Made by a program: the position numbers and the translations under genes
NCBI GenBank assembly: GCA_038213805.1
Contig: JBBQSO010000085.1
Location: 1 to 21,900, forward strand
Direction of reading: 5' to 3'
Length of the DNA stretch: 21,900 nt
Source of the DNA: Planctomycetota bacterium
GTDB lineage: Bacteria; Planctomycetota; UBA11346
The notes under the pieces: generated by a model
Database searches by the model: none
Seen by the model: only the letters and a program-made list of their open reading frames with translations
Told to the model about the DNA's origin: nothing
In this document: one piece after another, positions 1-8,819 of the stretch
Numbering within the stretch: the stretch's first letter is position 1
Layout of the letters: every line of letters begins with the position of its first letter

Positions 1-1
1 C

Positions 2-3000
2 GAGCGCACGCCCATCGCACCGCTCGCCGCGCCCGACCTGACCTGGCTCGACCTGCGCGGGGCGCGCCTGCGCGACGACATCGCCGACACCAGCGGCGCG
101 GCCTACCTGCGCCACGGCCACGAGGCTTTCCTGTATTGCGACCGTGGAGTCTACCGGCCGGGCGAGACCGTGCACCTGCGCGCCCTGGTGCGCGGGCCCG
201 GCGGTGCGGTGCCGCCGGCTTTCCCGATCGAGGTGCGCGTGCTGCGCCCCGACCAGCGCCTGTGGCGCAGCCTGGCGGCGACGATTGACGCCGACGGCGA
301 TGCCGAGCTGACCCTGCCGCTCACCGACGACCTGCCCACCGGGCGGTGGAGCGTCTCCTGCGGTCTACCTGGCGATGAACAGGTGTTCGGCAGCGCCACT
401 TTCCAGGTCGAGGATTTCCTGCCCGACCGCCTGCGCTCCACCCTCGGCATCGCCGGGCCGGGCGTATCCGCGGGCGCCGACGACGAGGCGCGGCGCATCG
501 CCGTCACGGCGGGCGCGTGCATGTTCACGGTGCACGGTGACTGGCTGTTCGGCCAGCCCGCCGGTGGCCAGGGCTGCCGACTCGACCTGCGCCTCGATCC
601 GCTGATCTTTGCGCCGGCGGCGTGGCCTGGCTGGACCTTCGGCGACGCCGACGCCGTGCTTCCCGGCCGGCGCCTGGCGACGCGCACCGCCACCCTCGAC
701 GCCCAGGGCGCGTGCCACTGGGAGGCGGACCTCGCCGCAGAACTCGCCGGGGCCGCGGCCACGTGTCCGTGGCGCCTGACCGCCACCGCCGGCGTCAGCG
801 AGAGCAGCGGCCGCACCACCGGCACCACCCGCCGACTGGCGGTCGACCCGGTCGGCCGCTACCTGGGCCTGCGCCTGGCGGGAGCCGCGACCGCCGGCAT
901 GACCTGCCCGGTCGAGCTGCGCCTGGTGACGCCCACAGGTGCCGCCGCACCAGCCGCCGATGAGCTCGACGTGCAGCTGCAGCGCGTCACCTGGGAGACC
1001 GTGCTGGTCGAGGACGGCCATCACCGCGGCAGCTACCAGTCGCACCGCCGCTGCCTCGACGTCGGCGCCACGCTGCGCCTGCACCTTGCCGCCGGCAGTG
1101 GCCACCTCGACCTGCCCATCCCCGCCAGCGGCGGCTGGCGCCTGACGGCGCGCGATTTGGCCACCGGCCAGCTCAGCGCGCTCGAATTCCAGGCGGGCGG
1201 CGAGGGCTGGGAGGGCGGCGGCATCAGCCGCGAACGGCCCGAGCGCTGCCTGCTCGCGCTGGTCGCCGACCAGCGCAGCGATCCGGCGCAGGCGCTCGCC
1301 CTGCCCACCGCCGATGCGGCCGCGGCAGGCGCGGTGCTGCGCGCGCAGCGTGGCGACCACCTCGCCCTGGTGGTGCGCAGCCCCTTCGCGGGCCGCCTGC
1401 TGATCACGGTGGCGACCGACCGCGTTCTCCAGACGCGGGTCCTGACCATGGACGGCGCAGGCGCGGTGGTGCCGCTGGTGGTGGGCGACGACTGGACACC
1501 CAACGCCTGGATCTCGGCGACCGTGGTGCGCGGCGTCGACCCCGGCGTGCCGTGGCGCATCCACCGCGCCTACGGCGTGGTCGGCGTGGCGGTCGCAGAG
1601 CCCGCGCGCCGCGCCGAACTGACCATCAGCACCGCGACGCGCAGCGCACCCGGCGCGCCGCTCGCCATCGATCTCGAGGCGCGCGACGCCGCCGGCCTGC
1701 CGCTCGCGGACGCCGCGGTGACCATCGCCGCGGTGGACGAGGGCGTGCTGCGCCTGACCGGTTTCCGCACTCCCGACCCGTTCGCCTTCTTCACCGCGCG
1801 CCGCGGCCTGGGCGTGCTCGCCGACGACTGCTACGCCGACCTGCTGCCCGAATCCGGACGCACCGGCGGCCTGCCCAGCGAGGGCGGCGACGCCACCGGG
1901 CTGAGCTCGCACCGGCCGCCCGTGGCGGCGCGGCGCGTGCGCCCGGTGGCACTGTGGCGCAGCGGCCTGCGCACCGGCGGCGACGGCCGCCTGCACGCCG
2001 TCCTCGACCTGCCCGAGGCCTTCGCCGGCGAGCTGCGCCTGATGGCGGTCGCCGATCGCGGCCCGGCCACCGCCGCCGCCGCACGGCCGGTGACGGTGCG
2101 CGGCCCGCTGGTGGTGCAGTCGTCATGGCCGCGCTGCGCCTCGCCCGGTGATCGCTTCAGCGTGCTGGTGACCGTCGCCGCCACCGGCCTGACCGGGCGC
2201 GTGCATCTCGCCCTCGAGGGCGCGGACGGGACTTCGCCGTTGCGCGCCGCGGCGACCGGACTGGACGTCGATCTCGATGCCGGCGGCCACGCCCAGGCGC
2301 GCTTCGCGATCAGCGCGGCGCCCGCCACCGGGGTGGCGCGGCTGCGCCTGGTCGCCAGCCAGGGCGACGCGCGCGCGATCGAGGAGCTCGAACTGCCGGT
2401 GCGCCCGGCCAGCGCCGCCCTCGCACGCGGCGACGAACAGGCGTGCAGCCCGGACCAGCCGCTGCACGTGGCCCTGCCCGGCGGACTGCTCGCCGGCGCT
2501 GACCGCACCCTGCGCCTGCACATCGGCCCCGCGCCGACCTTCGACTTGCCGCACGGCCTCGACGAGCTCTACCGCTACCCCTACGGGTGCGCCGAGCAGA
2601 CCGTCAGCGCGGTCTTCCCGCTGCTCGCGCTCGGCGACATCGACGCGCGTCTGGGCCACGACTGGTTCCCGGCCGCGGGGCTGCATGCGCGCGTCCGCGC
2701 CGGCATCCTGCGCCTGCAGACCATGGAGACCGGCGATGGTGGGGTAGCGATGTGGCCGGGCGGCGGCGTGGCCTGGGAATGGGCGAGCGTCTACGCCACC
2801 CACTTCCTGCTCGAGGTGCGCGCCAGCGGTGCGCCGCTGGCGCAGGAGGTGCCCGCGGACTTCCTCGGCCGGCTCCTCGACCACGCCCAGCGTCTGGCCA
2901 ACGCCACCGGCGACGAGGAGCGCGAGACCGCGTCCTACGCCTGTTACGTGCTCGCCCGCGCCGGCCGCCCGGACGCGGTGGCGATGCACCGCCTCAGCGA

Positions 3001-3943
3001 GCGCCTGCCGTCCGCCCTGGGCGGCCTGCCGTGGCTGGCGGCGGCGTGGGCGGCGGCCGGACGGCGCGACCTCGCGGCGCCGCTGCTGCCGGAACTGCTA
3101 CCCGCGCCGCGCGTCGACCGTCACGACGGCGGCGACCTCGCCTCGCCGGTGCGCGACCTCGCCGTGCAGGCGCTCGCCCTGCTCGACTGCGCGCCGCAGC
3201 GGCCCGGCCTTGACGCCATGATCGCGCGCCTGGCCGCGCACGATTCCTGGTACAGCACCCAGGACACCGCCTGGGCGATCCTCGCCATCGGCCGCTGGCT
3301 GCGCGTCCATCCGCCAGGCGCGGCCTATACCCATGCCGAACTGCTGGTCGACGGCCACGCGGTTGCGCAGGCCGACGCCGGCGGGGTGATCTCTTGGCAC
3401 GGCGAGAGCGCGAGCGCCCTTGAGCTGCGCATCGCCGGCCCGCCCGCAGCCCGCGCGCATCTCAGCTGGCTTCAGACCGGCGTGCCGCTGGCCGCTCCGC
3501 CCGAGGCCGACCACGGCTTGAGCGTGCGCCGCGCCTGGTTCGACGAGCAGAACCACGACCTCGCCGGCCGTGCCCTGGTCGCCGGCGAGCTGGTGCGCGT
3601 GGTGCTGACGGTGCGCGCCTCCACCTCCTGCCGCAACGTGGTGGTCGAAGACATCCTGCCCGCGGGGCTGGAGATCGAAAACCCGCGCCTGGCGACCAGC
3701 GCCGACCAGTCCAGCCACGAACGCCACGCCATGGAGGTGCGCGACGACCGCATCATCGTCATCGGCGATTGCACCACTGGCATGGGCGACGGCCTGGTCG
3801 GCTTCACGCACACGTATTTGGTGCGCGCGATCACCCCCGGCACCTTCGCGCGCGCCGCGGTGCACGCGGAATGCATGTATGACCGTGGCTATGTCAGCAG
3901 CGCCGGCGCGGGCACCACGGTGGTCGAGGCGCGCGCCCCGTGA
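2..3943 (+). CDS. yfhM: Bacterial alpha-2-macroglobulin (YfhM/ECAM-like), 5'-truncated by the window edge
   Basis: The frame is open from position 2 (ERTPIAP...AFLYCDRGVYRPGETVHL), so the ORF-track start at 170 is internal. Motifs: DRGVYRPGETV, FQVEDFLPDRL, AAVDEGVLRLTGF, thioester YPYGCAEQ (CAEQ at 2588-2599), WYSTQDTAW, DILPAGLEIENPRL, EVRDDR. pbpC follows directly. Confidence 0.95.
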   Translation, partial: ERTPIAPLAAPDLTWLDLRGARLRDDIADTSGAAYLRHGHEAFLYCDRGVYRPGETVHLRALVRGPGGAVPPAFPIEVRVLRPDQRLWRSLAATIDADGDAELTLPLTDDLPTGRWSVSCGLPGDEQVFGSATFQVEDFLPDRLRSTLGIAGPGVSAGADDEARRIAVTAGACMFTVHGDWLFGQPAGGQGCRLDLRLDPLIFAPAAWPGWTFGDADAVLPGRRLATRTATLDAQGACHWEADLAAELAGAAATCPWRLTATAGVSESSGRTTGTTRRLAVDPVGRYLGLRLAGAATAGMTCPVELRLVTPTGAAAPAADELDVQLQRVTWETVLVEDGHHRGSYQSHRRCLDVGATLRLHLAAGSGHLDLPIPASGGWRLTARDLATGQLSALEFQAGGEGWEGGGISRERPERCLLALVADQRSDPAQALALPTADAAAAGAVLRAQRGDHLALVVRSPFAGRLLITVATDRVLQTRVLTMDGAGAVVPLVVGDDWTPNAWISATVVRGVDPGVPWRIHRAYGVVGVAVAEPARRAELTISTATRSAPGAPLAIDLEARDAAGLPLADAAVTIAAVDEGVLRLTGFRTPDPFAFFTARRGLGVLADDCYADLLPESGRTGGLPSEGGDATGLSSHRPPVAARRVRPVALWRSGLRTGGDGRLHAVLDLPEAFAGELRLMAVADRGPATAAAARPVTVRGPLVVQSSWPRCASPGDRFSVLVTVAATGLTGRVHLALEGADGTSPLRAAATGLDVDLDAGGHAQARFAISAAPATGVARLRLVASQGDARAIEELELPVRPASAALARGDEQACSPDQPLHVALPGGLLAGADRTLRLHIGPAPTFDLPHGLDELYRYPYGCAEQTVSAVFPLLALGDIDARLGHDWFPAAGLHARVRAGILRLQTMETGDGGVAMWPGGGVAWEWASVYATHFLLEVRASGAPLAQEVPADFLGRLLDHAQRLANATGDEERETASYACYVLARAGRPDAVAMHRLSERLPSALGGLPWLAAAWAAAGRRDLAAPLLPELLPAPRVDRHDGGDLASPVRDLAVQALALLDCAPQRPGLDAMIARLAAHDSWYSTQDTAWAILAIGRWLRVHPPGAAYTHAELLVDGHAVAQADAGGVISWHGESASALELRIAGPPAARAHLSWLQTGVPLAAPPEADHGLSVRRAWFDEQNHDLAGRALVAGELVRVVLTVRASTSCRNVVVEDILPAGLEIENPRLATSADQSSHERHAMEVRDDRIIVIGDCTTGMGDGLVGFTHTYLVRAITPGTFARAAVHAECMYDRGYVSSAGAGTTVVEARAP

Positions 3944-5958
3944 GCACGCCTGCGGCACTACCGGCACCGGCACAATCACCGCGCCGCCGCCGCGCCTGGT
4001 GCATCGTGCTGGCCGCGCTCGCGGCCCTCGGCCTGGCGCCGCTCGCCCTCGAACTGGCGGTGCGCTGGTGGCCGTATCCCGAAGCGCTCGCGCGCCCGCC
4101 CGCCGCCGCGACCCTGGTGCTCGACCACGCCGGCCGCCCGCTCGCGGCTTTCGCCTCGGCCGCGGGCGCCTGGCACCTGCCGGTCGCAGACGGCGATTAC
4201 GGTGCCTGGCTGCCCGCCGCGGTGATCGCGGTCGAGGACCACCGCTTCGCCCAGCACGCCGGCGTCGACTGGCCGGCGCTGCTCGCGGCGGCGTGGGCTG
4301 ATCTGCGCGCTGGCCACGTGGTGCGCGGCGCCAGCACCCTGACCATGCAGGTGCAGCGCCTGCGCGAGCCGCGCCCGCGCACGCCGCTCACCAAGCTCAT
4401 CGAACTGGTGCGCGCGCGCCAGCTCGAGCGCCGCCTGGGCAAGCAGGCGCTGCTCGGCGAGTGGCTGGAGCGCGCCCCCTTCGGTGCGAACCTGGTCGGC
4501 GCCGGCGCCGCGGCGTGGCGCTGGTGCGGCGTGCCCTGCCGCGCCCTGACCCTGGCCCAGGCCGCGCTGCTCGCCGGGCTGCCGCAGAATCCCGCGCGCC
4601 TGCGCCCCGACCTGCACCCGCAGGCGGCCCTGGCGCGGCGCGCGCACGTGCTGGCGTGCATGCGCGCGACCGGTGCCATCACCGCGTCGCAGTACGCCAC
4701 GGCCATGGCCGAGCCGCTCGGCTGCGCCTGGCGGCCGCTGCCGCAGGCGGGCTGGCCCACGCTGCTGCCAGCCTGCGCCAGCGCTGCGGCCGGGCGGGAA
4801 GGCGTCGTCGCCACCGCCTACGACCTCGACCTCATGCGCCAGGCCGAAGGCTGCGTGCGCGCGCTGCTCGCCGGCAGCGGCGGCGCCGCCGATGCGGCTG
4901 CGGTGGTGGTGGTCGAGAATCTCAGTGGCGCGGTGCGCGCGGCGGTCGGCGCCGGCGGGCCGACCGCGCTCGACCTCACGCGCTGTCCGCGCTCGTCCGG
5001 ATCGACGCTCAAACCGTTCATCTACGCCGCCGCTTTCGCCGCGCAGCTGTGCACCCCAGATAGCGTCCTCGACGACGCGCCGGCTTCGTGGGCGGGCTTC
5101 GCGCCGCGCGATTACGATCGCGCCTGGCGCGGCCGCCTCACCGCCGCCGAAGCCCTGGCCGAGAGCCGCAACATCCCGGCCATGGCGCTGCTCGCGCGTC
5201 TGGGCGTGCGCAGCACCGGCGACCGTCTCGAGGCGCTCGGCCTGCGCGGCCTGGGCGCGCAGGCACGACGCAGCGGCCTGACCCTGGCGGTGGGCGGCGC
5301 GCTGGTCACGCCGCGCGACCTCGCCCTGGCCTATGCCGCCCTGGCGCGCGGCGACGCCGCCGGCTGCGGTGGCGTCGCCTGCCACCAGGCGCTGCGCTGC
5401 CTCGCCGACCCGGCACGCACCGCCGCGGTCTGCACAGAAGCCGCGACCCTGGGCATCGCCTGGAAGACCGGGACGTCGAGCGGCCACCGCGACGCGTGGT
5501 GCGCGGCAGTGACGCCGACGTGGACGGTGGTCGCCTGGCTCGGCACGGTGCGCGGCGCCGGCGCGCCCGCCCTGGTCGGCCAAGAGAGCGCGGCGCCGGC
5601 CGCCCTGCGCCTGCTCGCCGGGATCGCGCACGCCGACGGCGCCTGGCCGGCTCCCTCACCGGACGCCACCGTAACCCTGGCACCGGCGGCTCTCCCCGCC
5701 CTGCCACCGCCGCTGGCCATCGTCAGCCCTGGCAACGGCAGCATCCTCGCTGCCGACGGCGAGGGCGCCGCGCAACCACGCCTCGCGCTGACCTGTAGCG
5801 GCGCTCACGGCGCCGTGTGGTGGTTCGCCGACGGCGACCTGCTCGGGCAGGCCGCTGCTGATCAGCCCTGCTGGTGGCTCGCCCCCGGTGGACGCCACGA
5901 CCTGCGCGTGGTCGACACGGCCGGCCGCGCCGCGAGCGTGCGCATCGTGGTGCGGTGA
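3940..5958 (+). CDS. pbpC: Penicillin-binding protein 1C (transglycosylase + transpeptidase + C-terminal domain)
   Basis: GTGA overlap with the A2M stop; N-terminal TM helix; GT51 motifs EDHRFAQHAG and GASTLTMQ; transpeptidase motifs STLK (5002-5013), SRN and KTGT; C-terminal 'WWFADG...GRHDLRVVD' domain; canonical A2M-pbpC pairing. Confidence 0.93.
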   Translation: MSTPAALPAPAQSPRRRRAWCIVLAALAALGLAPLALELAVRWWPYPEALARPPAAATLVLDHAGRPLAAFASAAGAWHLPVADGDYGAWLPAAVIAVEDHRFAQHAGVDWPALLAAAWADLRAGHVVRGASTLTMQVQRLREPRPRTPLTKLIELVRARQLERRLGKQALLGEWLERAPFGANLVGAGAAAWRWCGVPCRALTLAQAALLAGLPQNPARLRPDLHPQAALARRAHVLACMRATGAITASQYATAMAEPLGCAWRPLPQAGWPTLLPACASAAAGREGVVATAYDLDLMRQAEGCVRALLAGSGGAADAAAVVVVENLSGAVRAAVGAGGPTALDLTRCPRSSGSTLKPFIYAAAFAAQLCTPDSVLDDAPASWAGFAPRDYDRAWRGRLTAAEALAESRNIPAMALLARLGVRSTGDRLEALGLRGLGAQARRSGLTLAVGGALVTPRDLALAYAALARGDAAGCGGVACHQALRCLADPARTAAVCTEAATLGIAWKTGTSSGHRDAWCAAVTPTWTVVAWLGTVRGAGAPALVGQESAAPAALRLLAGIAHADGAWPAPSPDATVTLAPAALPALPPPLAIVSPGNGSILAADGEGAAQPRLALTCSGAHGAVWWFADGDLLGQAAADQPCWWLAPGGRHDLRVVDTAGRAASVRIVVR

Positions 5959-5973
5959 GCGACGCCGGACGGA

Positions 5974-6139
5974 TTCAACGCAAAGGGCGCTGAGCTGCCT
6001 GCCTCATGGCCGCAGAGGCCAACCAATGTAGTAACCAAGCATCCGCTGCGACCCCCAGCAATCGCGAACGCCACTCCGGTCCATCATTCCTGCGTCCCTG
6101 CGCAAATCGGTCTTCCCCCTAGGCCGCCTCCGCGTTGAA
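5974..6139. repeat. Degenerate inverted-repeat-bounded intergenic element
   Basis: TTCAACGCAAAGGGCG at 5974 versus the reverse complement of 6125-6139, TTCAACGCGGAGGCG (first 8 bp identical). The interior is less GC-rich than the flanking genes. Confidence 0.45.
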
Positions 6140-6212
6140 AACCATCTTGTGGAGCGGCGACTCTTGGAGCGGCCACCCCCACCTGCTGGCGACACATGCC
6201 AGGCACCCAATG

Positions 6213-6243
6213 CAGCACCCCGCCGGAAACCGGCGGGGTGCTG
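6213..6243. terminator. Strong hairpin between convergent pbpC and rhodanese genes (terminator-like)
   Basis: Perfect 14-bp inverted repeat CAGCACCCCGCCGG-AAA-CCGGCGGGGTGCTG, 37 nt downstream of the rhodanese stop. No clear U-tract. Confidence 0.65.
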
Positions 6244-6280
6244 GGAAGACGCGCGGCGCAAGCCGCGTTCGTTCGAAGGT

Positions 6281-6664
6281 TTATTTCTCGACGTCGGCGC
6301 CGCTGCTCTTCCAGCCCGCGATGCCCTCGCGGAAGTGCTTGATGTTGGTGTAGCCGAGTTTGGCCGCCGCTTCGGCGCCGCCGTGCCAGGCGCCGCACTG
6401 CGGGCCGCCGCAGTACGCCACGATCAGCGCGCCCTTGTCGGCGGGCAGGGTCTTGGCCAGGTCCGCTTCCTTGGCGTCGAAGTCGATGGCGCCAGGGATG
6501 TGACCGGCCTTGTAGGATTCGGAACCGTTCACGTCGAGCAGCACCACCTGCTTGGCGGCGATGGCCGCGGCAAGGTCCTTCTGGCTGATGTCGGCGAACT
6601 CCGCGCCGAAGGCGGTGAACGAGCAGGAGACCGCGAAGAGCAGGGCGAAGAGCAGGGACTTCAT
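6281..6664 (-). CDS. Secreted single-domain rhodanese-like protein
   Basis: Signal peptide MKSLLFALLFAVSCSFTAFGA; rhodanese motifs LLDV, Y-x-x-GHIPGAI, IVAYCGGPQC, LGY, GIAGW; SD-like AGGAAGGA upstream. Confidence 0.9.
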   Translation of the reverse strand: MKSLLFALLFAVSCSFTAFGAEFADISQKDLAAAIAAKQVVLLDVNGSESYKAGHIPGAIDFDAKEADLAKTLPADKGALIVAYCGGPQCGAWHGGAEAAAKLGYTNIKHFREGIAGWKSSGADVEK

Positions 6665-6936
6665 GGGTGGTTCCTTCCTGGGCGGGCCAGGGGTGGGGTT
6701 GGAAAGGACGATGAGGCGTTAAGAGGTATGGATTCCAGGCACTGTTCAACCCCGGTCGGGCGCGGCCTTCCGCAACCCACAGGGACATACGCCCAGGATG
6801 GATGCAGATTCACTGGCAGACCTGTCGGCATATCAGCCATCCTACACCTTTATCACTACTCTACGAAGCCCACGGACCGTCTGTTGGATGCTGGCGAGAT
6901 GAGTCTGCTACCGCGCTCCAAACCCTTGTCAGCACA

Positions 6937-7899
6937 TCAGCGAAGCGTCGCGGTCACGCGCACGGTTGCCAGATCGGCGGTCAGTCCATCTTTTGCGACC
7001 AGGGTGACAGGCAGCTCCTGGGCAACCCCTGGTTCGACGGTGGTCCGCACAGTCACATAGGCGCTCAAATCGGTCTCTGGATGCAGCGCGCGCAGCACAT
7101 TCAGGGGTCCGTGGATGGTCAACGCGACCTGCGCCTGGCTGAGCTCGAACTGGAAGCGCCCCAGCACCTCGCGCGGCGCCATGATCTGCACTGGCAGGCT
7201 GACCACCTGTTTGCCGCCCTCGGCCGGACGCAGGGTAACGGTCGCGACCACCGGCTCCATGACTTCGATGCCGGTCTCGAGCGGGGTCAGTTCAAGGCGT
7301 TCCTCGCGCGTCGTGGCCAGCGCCTTGTCGATGTCGCCCAGGGCGATGGGTTTGAAGAGGATGCGCTGGCCGTGTTCGCGCGCGGACTGGAGCAGGGTGT
7401 GCGCACCGCGCACCTTGACGCGCGTGCGGCTGAGCGCGATCGCGGCCTCGATGCCCTCGGGCACGCCGAGCAGCTGCGGGATCTCGACCGGCACCTCGTC
7501 CTGGTCGACACGGTCGAAGGCGACGGTGATCTCCTTGACGCCGTCCGGATCGACGCGCTCGATGCGGAAGTCCTCGTCCAGGCCGAGCAGGCGGTTGGTG
7601 ATCGGAAAGCTCTCCTTCCCCTTGCCCAGGGCGTCGGCGGCGATCACCAGGCGAGGCACCGCCAGGTCGCTGCGCAGCACGTGCAGCATGCCTTCAGGGA
7701 GGTTCACGAAGACGGTGAACTGGGCCGGCTCGACGGTGGCCACGCGGTAGTCCTCGGGCAGGGACTGCACCGCCGCGGGCGTGACGCGCACCAGCAGCGG
7801 CCGCACGATGCGCACCTGTCCGTTGGTGTAGATCCACAGCGCGATGGCGATCACCAACGCCACCAGCTTGAGCTCCCAGTGTTCGCGCAGGAAACTCAT
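6937..7899 (-). CDS. cdaR: CdaR/YbbR-like diadenylate cyclase regulator
   Basis: The N-terminus 'EHWELKLVALVIAIALWIY' is typical of the YbbR/CdaR membrane anchor. It is followed by repeated beta-rich domains (VKVRGA, LTIHGP). ATGA overlap with the cdaA stop. Confidence 0.85.
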   Translation of the reverse strand: MSFLREHWELKLVALVIAIALWIYTNGQVRIVRPLLVRVTPAAVQSLPEDYRVATVEPAQFTVFVNLPEGMLHVLRSDLAVPRLVIAADALGKGKESFPITNRLLGLDEDFRIERVDPDGVKEITVAFDRVDQDEVPVEIPQLLGVPEGIEAAIALSRTRVKVRGAHTLLQSAREHGQRILFKPIALGDIDKALATTREERLELTPLETGIEVMEPVVATVTLRPAEGGKQVVSLPVQIMAPREVLGRFQFELSQAQVALTIHGPLNVLRALHPETDLSAYVTVRTTVEPGVAQELPVTLVAKDGLTADLATVRVTATLR

Positions 7900-8819
7900 G
7901 GCGTGCGCTCGCCGCCGGCGATGGCGGGGGTCTGGGCAGGGCCCGCTGCGCCCGCCGGTGGCGGCGCATCCGCAGCGGCGTTCGCCGCGACGGGCGGCAC
8001 GGGCACCGGGGTCGCCAGGGCCGCGGCCGCGGCCTTGCGCTCGGCGCGCCGGCTGCGCCCACCGGCGCGGAACTCGCGAGTCAGGACGATCTCAACGTCC
8101 TGGCGCGAGAGGTCGCGCGAGAAACGCCCGCGGTCGGCCATGCTGATCTGCCCGGTCTCTTCGCTGACCACCAGGGCGAGCGCGTCGGTGTCCTCACTGA
8201 TGCCGATGGCCGCGCGGTGGCGGGTTCCGGAAAGCTGCATGAAGGCGATGTTGTTGGTCAGCGGCAGGATCACCCCCGCCGCCGCGATCCGCCCGCCGCG
8301 CAACACCACCGCGCCGTCGTGCAGCGGGGAGTCCTTCCAGAAGATCGTGGTCACCGCCTTGGAGGTGACCTCGCAGTCGAGCGGACTGGAGTTGACATAC
8401 TCGTCGAGGCGGTCGCCGCGCTCGATGACGATCAGCGCGCCGATGCGCCGCGAGGACATGTAGGCGACCGCGTCGAGCAGGTCGCCGACAATGCTGGCGT
8501 TGACGCTCAGGTCCTGGTTGGGGAAGAAGCCGCCGAGGCGGGTGAACAGCCGGCGCAGCTCGGGCTGGAAGACCACCGCCATGACCACCGCGCTGACCCC
8601 GATGCCGGCCTGCAGCAGCCAGGTGATGGCGTGGAACTGGGCGAAGCGTGCCACCATCCACGTCACCACCACCAGCGACAGGGTCAACGACAGGCCGCGC
8701 AGCTTGCCACCGGCGCTGATGCGTTCGAGGGCGAGCAGTAGCTGGAAGATCACCACCGTGATGATGAGGATCTCGAGCACCGAGCGCGACCAGTAGATGA
8801 GGTCGGACCATTCAGGCAT
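7896..8819 (-). CDS. cdaA: Diadenylate cyclase CdaA (DacA; 3 TM + DAC domain)
   Basis: Likely start MPEWSDL at 8819, overlapping the folP stop by 8 nt; the ORF-track start at 8996 lies inside folP. Three TM helices, FQPELRR, IGALIVIER, catalytic LHDGA and GTRHRAA motifs, VVSEETGQIS. Confidence 0.95.
   Translation of the reverse strand: MPEWSDLIYWSRSVLEILIITVVIFQLLLALERISAGGKLRGLSLTLSLVVVTWMVARFAQFHAITWLLQAGIGVSAVVMAVVFQPELRRLFTRLGGFFPNQDLSVNASIVGDLLDAVAYMSSRRIGALIVIERGDRLDEYVNSSPLDCEVTSKAVTTIFWKDSPLHDGAVVLRGGRIAAAGVILPLTNNIAFMQLSGTRHRAAIGISEDTDALALVVSEETGQISMADRGRFSRDLSRQDVEIVLTREFRAGGRSRRAERKAAAAALATPVPVPPVAANAAADAPPPAGAAGPAQTPAIAGGERTP

Noticed and set aside
6665..6936. c-di-AMP (ydaO) riboswitch next to cdaAR
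   Set aside because: I could not find the conserved ydaO elements (GCUGAAUCC, GGGGGAACC, CCCGUCAGCUAAC) on either strand.
6802..8463. 553-aa plus-strand ORF
   Set aside because: Antisense shadow of cdaR/cdaA in high-GC DNA, with no recognisable motifs.
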